DNA from: an uncultured delta proteobacterium
GTDB lineage: Bacteria; Desulfobacterota; Binatia; UBA9968
DNA: 64,000 bases
Direction: 5' to 3'
Assembly: GCA_963771465.1 (NCBI GenBank)
Contig: CAVYTU010000001.1
Location: forward strand, 59,279-123,278
This document shows, piece by piece, positions 39,373 through 48,973 of the stretch. The position numbers and the translations under genes were made by a program. The notes below the pieces were generated by a model that ran no database searches, was not told where the DNA came from, and was given only the letters and a program-made list of their open reading frames with translations. The first letter of the stretch is position 1. The number at the start of each line of letters is the position of its first letter.

Positions 39373-40545
39373 TTATTGCAATACACCGAATTTTCGTGCA
39401 TCTCCGGTCCGAATCGAGTCATAAATAGTTTCCACAAGCTGCACGGTTCGCAAGCCTTCGTAACCCGACACATCGGGTCTCTTTTTCATCCTCACGCACT
39501 CACCAAAATGTTCCAATTGCTTTCGATAGGCATCTTCATCGGCGCCCCAGATGCTGCGCCAGCGAAACTTCTCGATGACATCTTCAGGCTCCGAATAGCT
39601 ACAGATTGTGAGACGATTTGATAAATCGGCGTCGGGGAATTGAATGTAACCCCCGGGTCCCATGATGTCGATCGACGTGCGGTGCTTTCGACACGCTTCA
39701 TTGTCCCAGCCGAAGTTTTTGAGCGCATAGGAATCGCCGATCAACGCTCTGTCTCCGGAAGGAAAATTCATGGACACGGCGTACGTATCCAACGCCGAGG
39801 TTTTGTTTGGCTTATAATGGCCCCCGATGCCGAATACGACCTCCGGATCACCTAACGCATAACGCGCGAAATCAATGCTGTGAGAGACTTCCCAGAGGGG
39901 TCCGCCACCGAGCTCATGGTCGTGAATCCACAACTGATCTCCGCCTGCTCTGAGGCTGATAATTTCGCGAAAGAAAATGGGACGGCCGATTTTGTTGTTG
40001 CGAACGGCGTCGATGATTTGGCCGCGCTCGGTCGCGAAACGCAGCATGTATCCCACCTGAAAAACGACTTCCGCTTTTTCCACTGCTTCCAACATCTCCA
40101 TGCAGCGAGACGATGTCATCGCCATCGGTTTTTCACAGAAAACGTGTTTTCCGTGTTGCGCGGCTTCAATTGTAATTTGCGGGTGAAACGCGGGCGGCGT
40201 GCAAATTAGAATCGCGTCGATATCCTTTCGGGCAAGCAGTTTTCTATAGTCCGTGCAGGTATGTGGAATGTCGTGATTTTGCACGGCCCACGCTAGGCGG
40301 TCTTCATCCATATCTGATACTCCGATGATTCGCAGTGCTTCTATGCCAGGATCAAATGGACGCGATGGTTCCGGGCTGTCTTTGCCTAACATCTTGCGGA
40401 CGAGACTTCGGCCCATTTGACCCAGATTCTGCTTAGCTGGAGTTTCAGGCGTCTGCGGCCGACGGCGATCGCCTTGGATCACGCCAATATGATGTTGGCC
40501 ACTTTCACCCAGCCCAACAATGCCAACGCCGATTGGATTGCTCAT
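39373..40545 (-). CDS. Gfo/Idh/MocA oxidoreductase
   Basis: GIVGLG, ICTPPAFH, GKHVFCEKP, VGYMLRF, GGGPLWEVSHSID. Confidence 0.9.
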   Translation of the reverse strand: MSNPIGVGIVGLGESGQHHIGVIQGDRRRPQTPETPAKQNLGQMGRSLVRKMLGKDSPEPSRPFDPGIEALRIIGVSDMDEDRLAWAVQNHDIPHTCTDYRKLLARKDIDAILICTPPAFHPQITIEAAQHGKHVFCEKPMAMTSSRCMEMLEAVEKAEVVFQVGYMLRFATERGQIIDAVRNNKIGRPIFFREIISLRAGGDQLWIHDHELGGGPLWEVSHSIDFARYALGDPEVVFGIGGHYKPNKTSALDTYAVSMNFPSGDRALIGDSYALKNFGWDNEACRKHRTSIDIMGPGGYIQFPDADLSNRLTICSYSEPEDVIEKFRWRSIWGADEDAYRKQLEHFGECVRMKKRPDVSGYEGLRTVQLVETIYDSIRTGDARKFGVLQ

Positions 40546-40721
40546 GCTTCCTCCGTTCTTAAGTTCGACTTTCTACTAATAGTCCGCTTTTCAGACGTTC
40601 TGTCCGCGCGCAGTCTCCTAATGGTCAATGCGTGATTCGTTAAACTGGAGGGAGACCTGTTACCGCGACAGGATAGACTGGCCCACGTGCGATGCGCTTT
40701 TAAATACGAGGTTTTGAGTCG

Positions 40722-41993
40722 CTATTGGAGATACCAATGATGCTCAAGAACAATCAGCCCGTTCCAAGGCGATCGGCCGGTACCATAATAATCGGAGTCG
40801 AGAATTTCTAACCGCGCGGCGTCTTCGACCAAGTCTGTCACCCCTCCAGCACTGCCGATCGCCACGAGAATCTTATAGAGGCCGGCAACCAAGGTGAGAC
40901 TTGGAATTTCGCAGACGTACGTTCGCTTGCCGACACATTCGGCATCTCCACGGCTCGGCTCAAACCAAGTGTGAGCGGTGAAAACGCGCTGGCCGGTGAG
41001 AGTTTCGAAACCGATGCACGCGTCGATCGCTGGCAAGGGGCGCTCGAGAAAAAAACCGATCGCGACTTTTAGCGGTCCGGCAATTTTGACTCCGCCGCGG
41101 AGCGGTTTACCTTCGCCGTCAAAGAACTCCAGACTCTGCAAAATTGGTTTGTAGTTGGCAGGCCGTCCCCGATGACGCGCCAAATCAACTTGGACGGTGT
41201 TACAATTAACCGAATCGCCCGACACAGTCTTGAAGTAATGGTCGATCCCTTCCTTGGTCTCGCCGGAGAAAGCAATTTTGCCGCCCTCCAGCACAATGAC
41301 TCTTTTGCACAGGTGTTGGACGGCGGCCATGTTGTGACTAACGAACAACACCGTCCGTCCCTCTTTGGCGACACCTTGCATTTTTCCGAGACATTTATTT
41401 TGAAATGCCGTGTCGCCGACGGCTAGGACTTCATCGACAATCAACACCTCAGGTTCTAGGTGCGCCGCGACCGCAAATGCCAGACGAATATACATGCCGC
41501 TAGAGTAGCGCTTGACCGGTGTGTCGATGAATTTCTCGACTTCGGCGAAGGCAACAATATCGTCGAACTTGCTCGCTATCTCCGCTTTTTTCATGCCGAG
41601 AATCGCGCCGTTCAAGAAAATGTTTTCGCGACCGGTGAGCTCAGCATGAAAGCCTGTCCCCACTTCTAGAAGCGAGCCGACTCGACCATGAATTTCGACG
41701 ATGCCGGCTGTAGGTGCCGTGATCCGCGAGACTATTTTCAACAGCGTAGTTTTTCCGGCTCCATTACGGCCTACGACGCCGATCACATCGCCGGGTCGGA
41801 CTTCGAAAGAGACATCTTTGAGGGCCCAAAATTTTTCCTGGCGAACGGATGAACCATCGCGACGAAATAGCGACTTACAGGCGTCGGCAATTTGATCGCG
41901 CAAGGTATCATGGCGATTTTTCCCCAACGTGATTTCGTATTGTTTGGACAGGTTCTCTACGAGGATTGCAGGATTCATGGGATGTTGCCTCAC
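40722..41993 (-). CDS. wzt: Wzt ABC ATPase with C-terminal Wzt_C domain
   Basis: [36 protein letters not shown], and a beta-rich C-terminal domain. Confidence 0.95.
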   Translation of the reverse strand: MRQHPMNPAILVENLSKQYEITLGKNRHDTLRDQIADACKSLFRRDGSSVRQEKFWALKDVSFEVRPGDVIGVVGRNGAGKTTLLKIVSRITAPTAGIVEIHGRVGSLLEVGTGFHAELTGRENIFLNGAILGMKKAEIASKFDDIVAFAEVEKFIDTPVKRYSSGMYIRLAFAVAAHLEPEVLIVDEVLAVGDTAFQNKCLGKMQGVAKEGRTVLFVSHNMAAVQHLCKRVIVLEGGKIAFSGETKEGIDHYFKTVSGDSVNCNTVQVDLARHRGRPANYKPILQSLEFFDGEGKPLRGGVKIAGPLKVAIGFFLERPLPAIDACIGFETLTGQRVFTAHTWFEPSRGDAECVGKRTYVCEIPSLTLVAGLYKILVAIGSAGGVTDLVEDAARLEILDSDYYGTGRSPWNGLIVLEHHWYLQ

Positions 41994-42029
41994 ACGATCA
42001 GGACACGATCCGATGCCGAATGCGCGCTT

Positions 42030-42920
42030 CTAGATGACATCGGCAAAGGTTTCTTCCATTCGTTTAAAGAAAACGAGACCCCCGTATAATAAAGCAATGA
42101 CCATGATTGTGCTTACAGCTATCGGAACGATCGGCGGGCTTTCACTTGTCGTCAGCGCCCATCGGAACCCTTCGACGACCCCCGCCATCGGATTGAGGCT
42201 GTACACCATCCGCCATCCCTCGGGTACAACGCTCACAGCATAGGCCACCGGGGAAGCAAACATCCAGATCTGGATCAAAAACGGCACTGCCTGGCCGACG
42301 TCCCGATACCGAACATTGATGACCGATAACCATAGACTCACGGCTAAAGCGGTGAGCATTGTCAAAACCACAAAGAAAGGTAGATATAGAATCTCCCAAT
42401 CCGGAACTATGCGATACCAAATCATCATCCCAATAAGGAAAACAAAACTGATGGCGAAATCGACGATCCCGGAAACAACTGCCGAGATAGGCAGAAGCAA
42501 ACGAGGAAAATAGACTTTGGTAATCAAATTCGCGTTTCCCACGACACTCAAAATGCTTTGATTGAGAGATCTGGCGAAATAAGTCCAGGGAAGCAGCGCG
42601 ACCAAAGTAAAGATAGGATAGGGCAATCCGTTGCTGGGCATATTCGCAAACTTGCCGAAAACCATGGTAAAAATAACCATGGTCAGCAATGGTTGGAGTA
42701 CCGCCCACGAAGCTCCGATTGCGGTTTGTTTGTAGCGGACCTTGATGTCACGCCAGACCAAGAAATAAAGCAGCTCTCGGTACTCCCACAGCTCGCGCAG
42801 CCCGAAGCCGCGGTTCGCACAAGCATCGATCCGAACAAACGGCAAATCATCAACTCGCTTGCGTTCAAAAGTCTGCACGTGTGGCGTACGCATTGGTGCT
42901 TTGGCGTGAGATGTAATCAT
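42030..42920 (-). CDS. wzm: ABC-2 type polysaccharide exporter permease
   Basis: ELWEYRELLYFLVWRDIKVRYKQT, KVYFPR, NVRYRDV, LNPMAGVVEGFR. Confidence 0.95.
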   Translation of the reverse strand: MITSHAKAPMRTPHVQTFERKRVDDLPFVRIDACANRGFGLRELWEYRELLYFLVWRDIKVRYKQTAIGASWAVLQPLLTMVIFTMVFGKFANMPSNGLPYPIFTLVALLPWTYFARSLNQSILSVVGNANLITKVYFPRLLLPISAVVSGIVDFAISFVFLIGMMIWYRIVPDWEILYLPFFVVLTMLTALAVSLWLSVINVRYRDVGQAVPFLIQIWMFASPVAYAVSVVPEGWRMVYSLNPMAGVVEGFRWALTTSESPPIVPIAVSTIMVIALLYGGLVFFKRMEETFADVI

Positions 42921-42955
42921 GCGCGATCTCCGGATAGAATTTATCAGAGAGTTTG

Positions 42956-43555
42956 CTAGAGCCGCTTGTATTCGAACACTCTAAAGATCGTCTTTACGAT
43001 AACGCTGAGATCGAACACAAATGAGGAACGTTGAAGATAGTCCTTAGCCATCTCAATCTTGTCGGGTAGCACATGATTCACGTATTCTTCTTCCGGATTT
43101 ACGGCTTCTCCTAACAGCGACGCTTCGTCCCGATATTTGAGCGAAGCGAGATCGGTAATTCCCGGACGGACCGTGAGGATTTCCATGTAGTCCCTGCGAA
43201 AAAGCTCGACATATTGAGGAACCTCGGGGCGTGGGCCAACGAAGCTCATGTCCCCTTTCAAAACGTTGATCAACTGTGGCAGCTCATCCAATTTGGCCTT
43301 GCGCAAGAGCCGTCCCGCGCGTGTAATGCGGGAGTCATTGCCATAAGTGATCGGTTTGCCCAGCTGTGAAGCCTTTTGGACCATCGTGCGAAACTTGTAA
43401 ATTTCAAACGCACGAAAATTTCTTCCGATTCGTACCTGTCGAAAAAAAACCGGCCCGTTGGAGTCCAATTTAATGAGTATGGCAATCAACAGTAACAGCG
43501 GCGCGAATAAAACCAACCCCATCGCGGCCACAAAAATATCGAAAGTACGTTTCAT
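42956..43555 (-). CDS. Priming phosphoglycosyltransferase (PglC/WcaJ catalytic family)
   Basis: MKRTFD, GPVFFRQ.R.G, KFRTM, KLDELPQLINVLKGDMSFVGPRP, RPGIT. Confidence 0.95.
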   Translation of the reverse strand: MKRTFDIFVAAMGLVLFAPLLLLIAILIKLDSNGPVFFRQVRIGRNFRAFEIYKFRTMVQKASQLGKPITYGNDSRITRAGRLLRKAKLDELPQLINVLKGDMSFVGPRPEVPQYVELFRRDYMEILTVRPGITDLASLKYRDEASLLGEAVNPEEEYVNHVLPDKIEMAKDYLQRSSFVFDLSVIVKTIFRVFEYKRL

Positions 43556-44745
43556 CAGCGGCGGTGCTGTTCAGCCGTATTTCTTACAGCGTCGATCACC
43601 TGCTCGACGTTGGATTGCGTCATTTTGGGATAAATCGGCAGTGAGATAATTCGGCGATAAGTCTTGGTTGCGTTTGGGAAGTCGTCCGGACGATGGCCAA
43701 ACCGGTCACGATAATAAGGATGCAAGTGCAGCGGAATGAAGTGCACCGACGTGCCGATGCCGTGTTCTCTCAGGGCTTCGATGAATTGATCACGGCCGAC
43801 TTTCAAGCGTTCGAGCCTCAGCTGAATGACGTAAAGGTGCCAGGCATGCTCAATGTCGGCTTTGCATAGCGGGATTTGCACCTCCGGCAGGTCGGAAAAC
43901 GCTTCGCCGTATGCCATCGCGATGCGCTCCCTAGCGGCGCCAAACGCAGTGCATTTTTTCAGTTGCTCGACACCGATCGCGGCGCCGATGTCGGTGAGAT
44001 TATATTTGAATCCAGGGCGAACGACCTCGTAGTACCACGAGCCTTCTTTCGTATAGCGCTTCCAAGCATCGTGGCTGATTCCATGCAGACTCATCATTCT
44101 CATCCGGCTTGCCCATTCGGGATTCTCCGTGGTGGCCATGCCGCCTTCGCCGGTGGTAATGGTTTTTGTGGCATAGAACGAAAAACAGGTAATGTCGCCG
44201 ATGGTGCCAATCTTTTTGCCGAAGTACTTCGCCGGCAGCGCGTGCGCGGCGTCTTCAATGACATAGAGTTGGTGACGTCGGGCGATCTCTAGAATTTGCT
44301 CCATGTCACAAGGCTGGCCACCGAAATGGACCGGTATTATCGCTTTTGTCTTGGACGTGATCGCCCGCTCGACGCTCTCGGGATCCATATTGAAGGTGTC
44401 AGGAAGACAGTCGACGAACACCGGGATAGCTTTGAAATACAAAACCACCTCTGCGGTAGCCGTGAAGGTCATCGTCGGAACGATCACTTCATCGCCCTCT
44501 TGAATCCCCACCGCATCCAAAGCCAGGTGAAGCGCGGCGGTGCACGAATTGACTGCCACCGAGTAACGGCTCCCCACATAGCGGGCGAATTCTTCCTCGA
44601 ATTGCTTGGCCTTCATGCCGGTCGTCAACCAGCCGGAACTGAGTACCTCGACCACTGAGCGAATCTCGTTCTCGTCAATCTGCGGAACATGGAATGGAAT
44701 GAATTCCGGTCGCTTAAGTTGCTTAGCCACAGTATTGGTGCGCAT
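43555..44745 (-). CDS. DegT/DnrJ/EryC1/StrS aminotransferase
   Basis: SGWLTTG, NSCTAALHLAL, PVHFGG, IEDAAHA, SFYATK(PLP)TITTGEGGM. The track start at 44907 is probably too far upstream. Confidence 0.93.
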   Translation of the reverse strand: MRTNTVAKQLKRPEFIPFHVPQIDENEIRSVVEVLSSGWLTTGMKAKQFEEEFARYVGSRYSVAVNSCTAALHLALDAVGIQEGDEVIVPTMTFTATAEVVLYFKAIPVFVDCLPDTFNMDPESVERAITSKTKAIIPVHFGGQPCDMEQILEIARRHQLYVIEDAAHALPAKYFGKKIGTIGDITCFSFYATKTITTGEGGMATTENPEWASRMRMMSLHGISHDAWKRYTKEGSWYYEVVRPGFKYNLTDIGAAIGVEQLKKCTAFGAARERIAMAYGEAFSDLPEVQIPLCKADIEHAWHLYVIQLRLERLKVGRDQFIEALREHGIGTSVHFIPLHLHPYYRDRFGHRPDDFPNATKTYRRIISLPIYPKMTQSNVEQVIDAVRNTAEQHRR

Positions 44746-44821
44746 GGATTTGCTCCGGTGAGTGGTTACGTAAGCGAAGAAAGGAGTTGCTTGCGCAGCG
44801 CAAGCACAGTCGCGCGCCTGG

Positions 44822-45595
44822 CTATCGCAGCGAATTCGCCGAATCAGTTTTTTTGAAGATTGGGTCTGAGTCTGAAGAGGTTTCCTGGCGTTGCTTTCTG
44901 ATCGCACCGATATAATGGCTGCACAGCCACGGAACTTTGTTTAGGACGTAGCACAGGAGCCATGAATAGGGCGCGATCGCGCGCGTAATCGGCGGAGCAA
45001 GAGTGATCCGTTTCATGCGGATTTCACAATTCGGAAACAAGCTTTTGATTTCCTGCAATTTGACACCCTTGACGTCAGGATTTCGCGGGTTGTTCATGTG
45101 GTAATCGTACCAGAGAATCAAGCCGTTCGGTCGCAATACCCGACACATTTCGGCAGCCATTTGGGTCTTCATGCGGTGATCGAGCACTGAGGTAAACACA
45201 GTAGACTGGAGCACCAAATCGAACATCTCATCGGGGAATTGCAGGCTGGCCGCATTGCCCTGGCAAATCTTCACAGCTTTGGGACAGCCAGCAATCGCCT
45301 CGGCGACGCGGTCTGCGAGCAGGTCTACGCCAAATAGATTTTCCGGGCGTGCGCCCCATTTGACCAATTCACGCAGCACGTCACCGTTTCCACAGCCAAT
45401 TTCCAGGGTTTTTTTGCTTTCCAGTTGCGTGAATCCGTACTCCGTCAGCAGGCGAAGGATATGCCGTTCGCGTTCCTGCACGATGAAGAGGTAGGCGAGG
45501 TTAAAACGCGAATAGAGAAAGCCACTTCGTCGCCTTGCATATGCCTCGTGGATACGCTTCTCTTCGGCGCTCAAAGATTCCGCAAGCAAAGGCAT
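44822..45595 (-). CDS. Class I SAM-dependent methyltransferase
   Basis: LEIGCGNG, GVDL, FDLVLQSTVFTS, RVLRPNGLILWYD. Confidence 0.9.
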   Translation of the reverse strand: MPLLAESLSAEEKRIHEAYARRRSGFLYSRFNLAYLFIVQERERHILRLLTEYGFTQLESKKTLEIGCGNGDVLRELVKWGARPENLFGVDLLADRVAEAIAGCPKAVKICQGNAASLQFPDEMFDLVLQSTVFTSVLDHRMKTQMAAEMCRVLRPNGLILWYDYHMNNPRNPDVKGVKLQEIKSLFPNCEIRMKRITLAPPITRAIAPYSWLLCYVLNKVPWLCSHYIGAIRKQRQETSSDSDPIFKKTDSANSLR

Positions 45596-45779
45596 AAGTT
45601 TTTCCGCAAATAGAGAACGACAAGACCGTGCGTGGCGACGAGTTTTAGGGCTCTTAATCGCTAAGTACAGAAATAAATACGTAGATGAATGCTGTAACCG
45701 GGTTCTGTACGTGAAGCTCTCTAGATGCCCAGTCACGCACGAGCGAGAACTGTATCACCGTGATAAATGACCATAGCTC

Positions 45780-47027
45780 TTAACCGACCGACTGGCGAGA
45801 CGCCAATTTAGTAGCTCTTCGCGCCATATGATAATGAGCACTTGACCGCGTGGGCTTTCTGTCTAGTTGTTGATTCCCGAGACCAAAATTTTTAACCCAA
45901 TCCTCAAGAAATCTTCCTAATCTTTCCGCTTGTTTTGCCCAATTGTATTCTTCCACCGCCGCTCGGCGTGAATTTTTTCCGAGTCTCTCGAGGAGTGATC
46001 TATCCTCGCACAACTGCTTTAACGCGACCGCCATGTCGCGCCAATCTTTTACCGAGACCCCGCAATTCCACTTCGCTAGAATGTTTGAAGTCTCGGTCAA
46101 TTGCATCGATAGGATTGGAAGTCCTGCCGCCATGTAGGTTGCCATCTTCGTTATCGACATGTAGTCCCAGTAATCTTTGTCAACGTAAGGTATAACGCCT
46201 ACGTCGAACGTTCCCAACAATTTCGAAAAAGACTCGAAGGATTGTAGTTCATGCAACCGAACCCAAGGGAAATTTCCTAGATTGATGTTTTCCGGATTAC
46301 TGCCGTTGATAACCAAATCTATAACAAGCCCTTCTCCGCGCAGATGATTTACAATTTCGATGAAATCGGGAAATCCTCTGGCTCTGCCGATTGTGCCGAC
46401 ATACCCCACTCTTACCCCGTTTCCCGTCACCGCTGACGGCGTCGGCGTAATAAGATCGTCATGAGCGGCCATCGGTATTACGATAATTCGTTGGCGTATT
46501 CTCCGCGCAAAGAGCTTCGCGCATTCCGTAGCGTTAAAAATAAACAATGCGTGGAGATAGTAGAGCTCATCTACGATCCGCCAGAGCACATATCCCGCCG
46601 TGCCCGGAGTTTCACGGGGCAAGTCTTGAACGTCAACAACCGTGGTCACCCGAAACGGCTTTATTAAAAAGAGCAAGCTCGCGATCAACAAGCTGTTAGG
46701 AAAATATGGATACGAAACGATAAAGATCTTGTGTGCTTTCAAGTTACCAAGACAAAAAAAGAGTATCATTTTGATCAACGAAAGCCGGCCATGGTTTTCT
46801 ATATCCGAAGATAACGGCTGCAAAGTATTTGATTCCGCTTGGTATTTATAGGTCTTTCCATCGGTCCCGCTGTGCCAATAAAAATCGTATTTAGATCGAA
46901 ACCGTTCCATAAACGAAAAATATAGGCCCGCATATCTTTCCCCCACAGGGCCGAGAAAATCAACGCGGCTTCGACAAACGTACTTGGTTAAAAACATGAT
47001 CTTGGTTCGCTGGGAACTCAAAGTCAT
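45780..47027 (-). CDS. GT-B (GT4-like) glycosyltransferase
   Basis: YVGTIGRARG, FDVGVIPY, SITKMATYMAAGLPI, LGKNSRRAAVEEYNW. Confidence 0.8.
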   Translation of the reverse strand: MTLSSQRTKIMFLTKYVCRSRVDFLGPVGERYAGLYFSFMERFRSKYDFYWHSGTDGKTYKYQAESNTLQPLSSDIENHGRLSLIKMILFFCLGNLKAHKIFIVSYPYFPNSLLIASLLFLIKPFRVTTVVDVQDLPRETPGTAGYVLWRIVDELYYLHALFIFNATECAKLFARRIRQRIIVIPMAAHDDLITPTPSAVTGNGVRVGYVGTIGRARGFPDFIEIVNHLRGEGLVIDLVINGSNPENINLGNFPWVRLHELQSFESFSKLLGTFDVGVIPYVDKDYWDYMSITKMATYMAAGLPILSMQLTETSNILAKWNCGVSVKDWRDMAVALKQLCEDRSLLERLGKNSRRAAVEEYNWAKQAERLGRFLEDWVKNFGLGNQQLDRKPTRSSAHYHMARRATKLASRQSVG

Positions 47028-47154
47028 TTAGTGGACTCCGTAAATCACGCGTTAATAAATAAATAATATAAGAGATGGTGAAATCGTCTTCTCGGCATCT
47101 AGTGGGCCGAGAATTGGTGTTTGGATTCCACATGACTCCTTGATGATGACGTTT

Positions 47155-47500
47155 CAATCGAAAGCCGAAGCACCAGAAACGTGTTAATTCACGGCCAAAT
47201 CGTCCACGCTGTAGCTTCGGAACCGCTTGCTGAGCGAAATCTGTCGAAGCGCTTTAGGGTCCTTGTCTGTGGCCGCTTTGTGTTGGTCTTCCGGGAAACT
47301 CCCTCAGATTGAAAGAGTTCTATGTAGCAAAATCGAGCGTATCTCCACCGGCGCAATATGCTCCAAAGTCGATGTAGTCCACCGATTGCGAAGGTAGCCC
47401 GGTTTGACTGGCGGCATTACAGGTGCTCGGTAGTCGATACCATATTGTTGCTTTAGGGCGTGGCGGAAACCATATTTTTCGCCAATTAGCCGGGCCCCTC
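47155..47500 (-). pseudogene. Decayed class I SAM methyltransferase
   Basis: Across frames: LKQQYGIDYRAP / CNAASQTGLPSQSVDY / TSTLEHIAPVEIRSIL ... ALRQISLSKRFRSYSVDDLAV / NTFLVLR. Same architecture as the intact gene at 57057 (YRAP, SLDLIFSQAVLEHV, LSERFRTL..EDA...IVVLRK). Confidence 0.65.
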
Positions 47501-47506
47501 CAAACC

Positions 47507-48594
47507 TCAAGGCACAAGCTGTTGCTTCGAGGGGCGTGTCAGGGCGCTGTGCGATCGATCGGCCTTACGCCGTAGAACGACGAAATCGGCAAATCCTTTC
47601 AGAAATCCCAGACCATACGCGACATGAAATATTGCAAAAACGCACGGAAGAAGTAGGAAACAAGTTCCAGCCATTCGCCGCTGCCGTTACCGCCGAAAAC
47701 GAAAAATTGACGATGACATACAGGGCAAGCAGCGAAGTCCACGCGTACAATGCAAGCGGCCAAATAAAGACAAGACGGGCAGAAATGCCAGTGCAAAAAC
47801 GAAGGTACTCGGAATCAAATGACGTAACGATCCCGGAACACGATGTTTCTGAATGACGCGCACTTTCCAGTAGCCGTACTGCATGTATTGAGCGAAGAGA
47901 TGCCGCAAACTTTCTCGGGGGTGGTACCAACTCCTGACTTGAATCGATTGCCAAATTTTACCTCCGCTACGAACAAGCCTAAGATTGAACTCGTCGTCCT
48001 GATTCCGAACAAGCTCCTCATCAAATAAGCCAATTCGATCGAAAACTTCGCGCCGCCAACAACCGTAAGTTACCGTGTCCACATAACCTCGATAGTCTGG
48101 GTCATGGAACCGAGCCCCCCCGCTGAAAACGCCGAGCGATAGGCGGCCGAAATCGCCCGTTGCACGTAGCCTGAGCTCCTCGTACGCGCGGCCCCGCCTA
48201 CATTATCTGCGCCTGTTTCCTGAAGCACGCGAACGCATTGCCGAATATAATCCGGAGCGTAGCTTGTGTGCGCGTCCATACGGATGATGATCGATCCCCG
48301 TGCATCACGGAGCGCGGCATTGAGACCGCTGGAAACGAAACCGCCGGGATTGTCAACGACCGTTAGCCGCGAATCTTCCTTAGACAGTCGTTTAAGAATC
48401 TCCCGCGTGCCGTCATCCGACATCCCGTCGGCAACGATCACTTCGAAACCGCCGGGAATTTCGCATTGGTCAAATATCGAGGATAGACAATTTGCAATGT
48501 GGTCGATTTCATTTCTGCACGGAATGATGATCGAGACGGACGGTGACGTATTTGCCGTGCTTTGTATCGAAGCGAATGTTTCGGTAGGCGCCAT
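47507..48594 (-). pseudogene. GT2 glycosyltransferase (ExoA-like) split by three frameshifts
   Basis: SIIIPCRNE, ADGMSDDGT, RMDAH | ARFHD...VDTVTYGCWRREVF..IGLFDEELVRNQDDEFNLR | WPLALY... | LPCVFAIFHVAYGLGFLKG. Shifts at C7 48115-48121, ~47762 and ~47657. Confidence 0.85.
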
Positions 48595-48789
48595 TAAGAC
48601 TACTCACTCCTTCGACGTGGCTTTTGCGAAGACCAGGACATTAATTGTCCAATGTGGCCAACGATCGTTTTCTGCCGATCAAAAATTGCACAAAGAGACT
48701 ACCAATTTGGGCCGATGCATGTTGGTTGATTAATAGAAAACGGAGGAGTTTTAGACCCCATAGTGTAGAAATTTCCCTCATCGGTGCTA

Positions 48790-48804
48790 TGGCACTGAAC
48801 TTGC
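48790..48804 (+). promoter_or_regulatory. sigma54 (RpoN) -24/-12 promoter
   Basis: TGGCAC-TGAAC-TTGC exact consensus. The predicted start at ~48816 lies just 5' of the riboswitch. Confidence 0.8.
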
Positions 48805-48835
48805 GCTCGCTACTTTTCATAAATTGAATTTGGAC

Positions 48836-48923
48836 CCCTCTCCGACAACGGCAAACCAGCTGTGAGGCTGGGACGCAAAGCCACGGGTCAGGAATATCCT
48901 GATAGCCGGGCTACCGAAGAGAG
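48836..48923 (+). ncRNA. c-di-GMP-I (GEMM) riboswitch aptamer
   Basis: CGACAACGGCAAACCAGCT-GTGA-GGCTGGGACGCAAAGCCACGGGTCAGG-AATAT-CCTGATAGCCGGGCTACCGAAGAG. It has GGCAAA/GACGCAAAGC, P2 with a GNRA loop, P3, and ACCG closing P1 with CTCTCCG. Confidence 0.92.
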
Positions 48924-48927
48924 ACGC

Positions 48928-48972
48928 ATAAGCGCACTCCGGAACAGGGTTCCACTCAAGGAGTACGCTTAT
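48928..48972 (+). promoter_or_regulatory. RBS-sequestering hairpin (putative expression platform)
   Basis: ATAAGCGCACTCC (48928-48940) pairs 12/13 with GGAGTACGCTTAT (48960-48972), which contains the GGAG SD. Inner hairpin GGAAC-AGG-GTTCC. ATG at 48974. Confidence 0.7.
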
Positions 48973-48973
48973 C

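Noticed and set aside
48836-48923. 3',3'-cGAMP (GEMM-Ib) specificity for the riboswitch
   Set aside because: The discriminating position is G, not A, so c-di-GMP is the better call. Only binding data can settle it.
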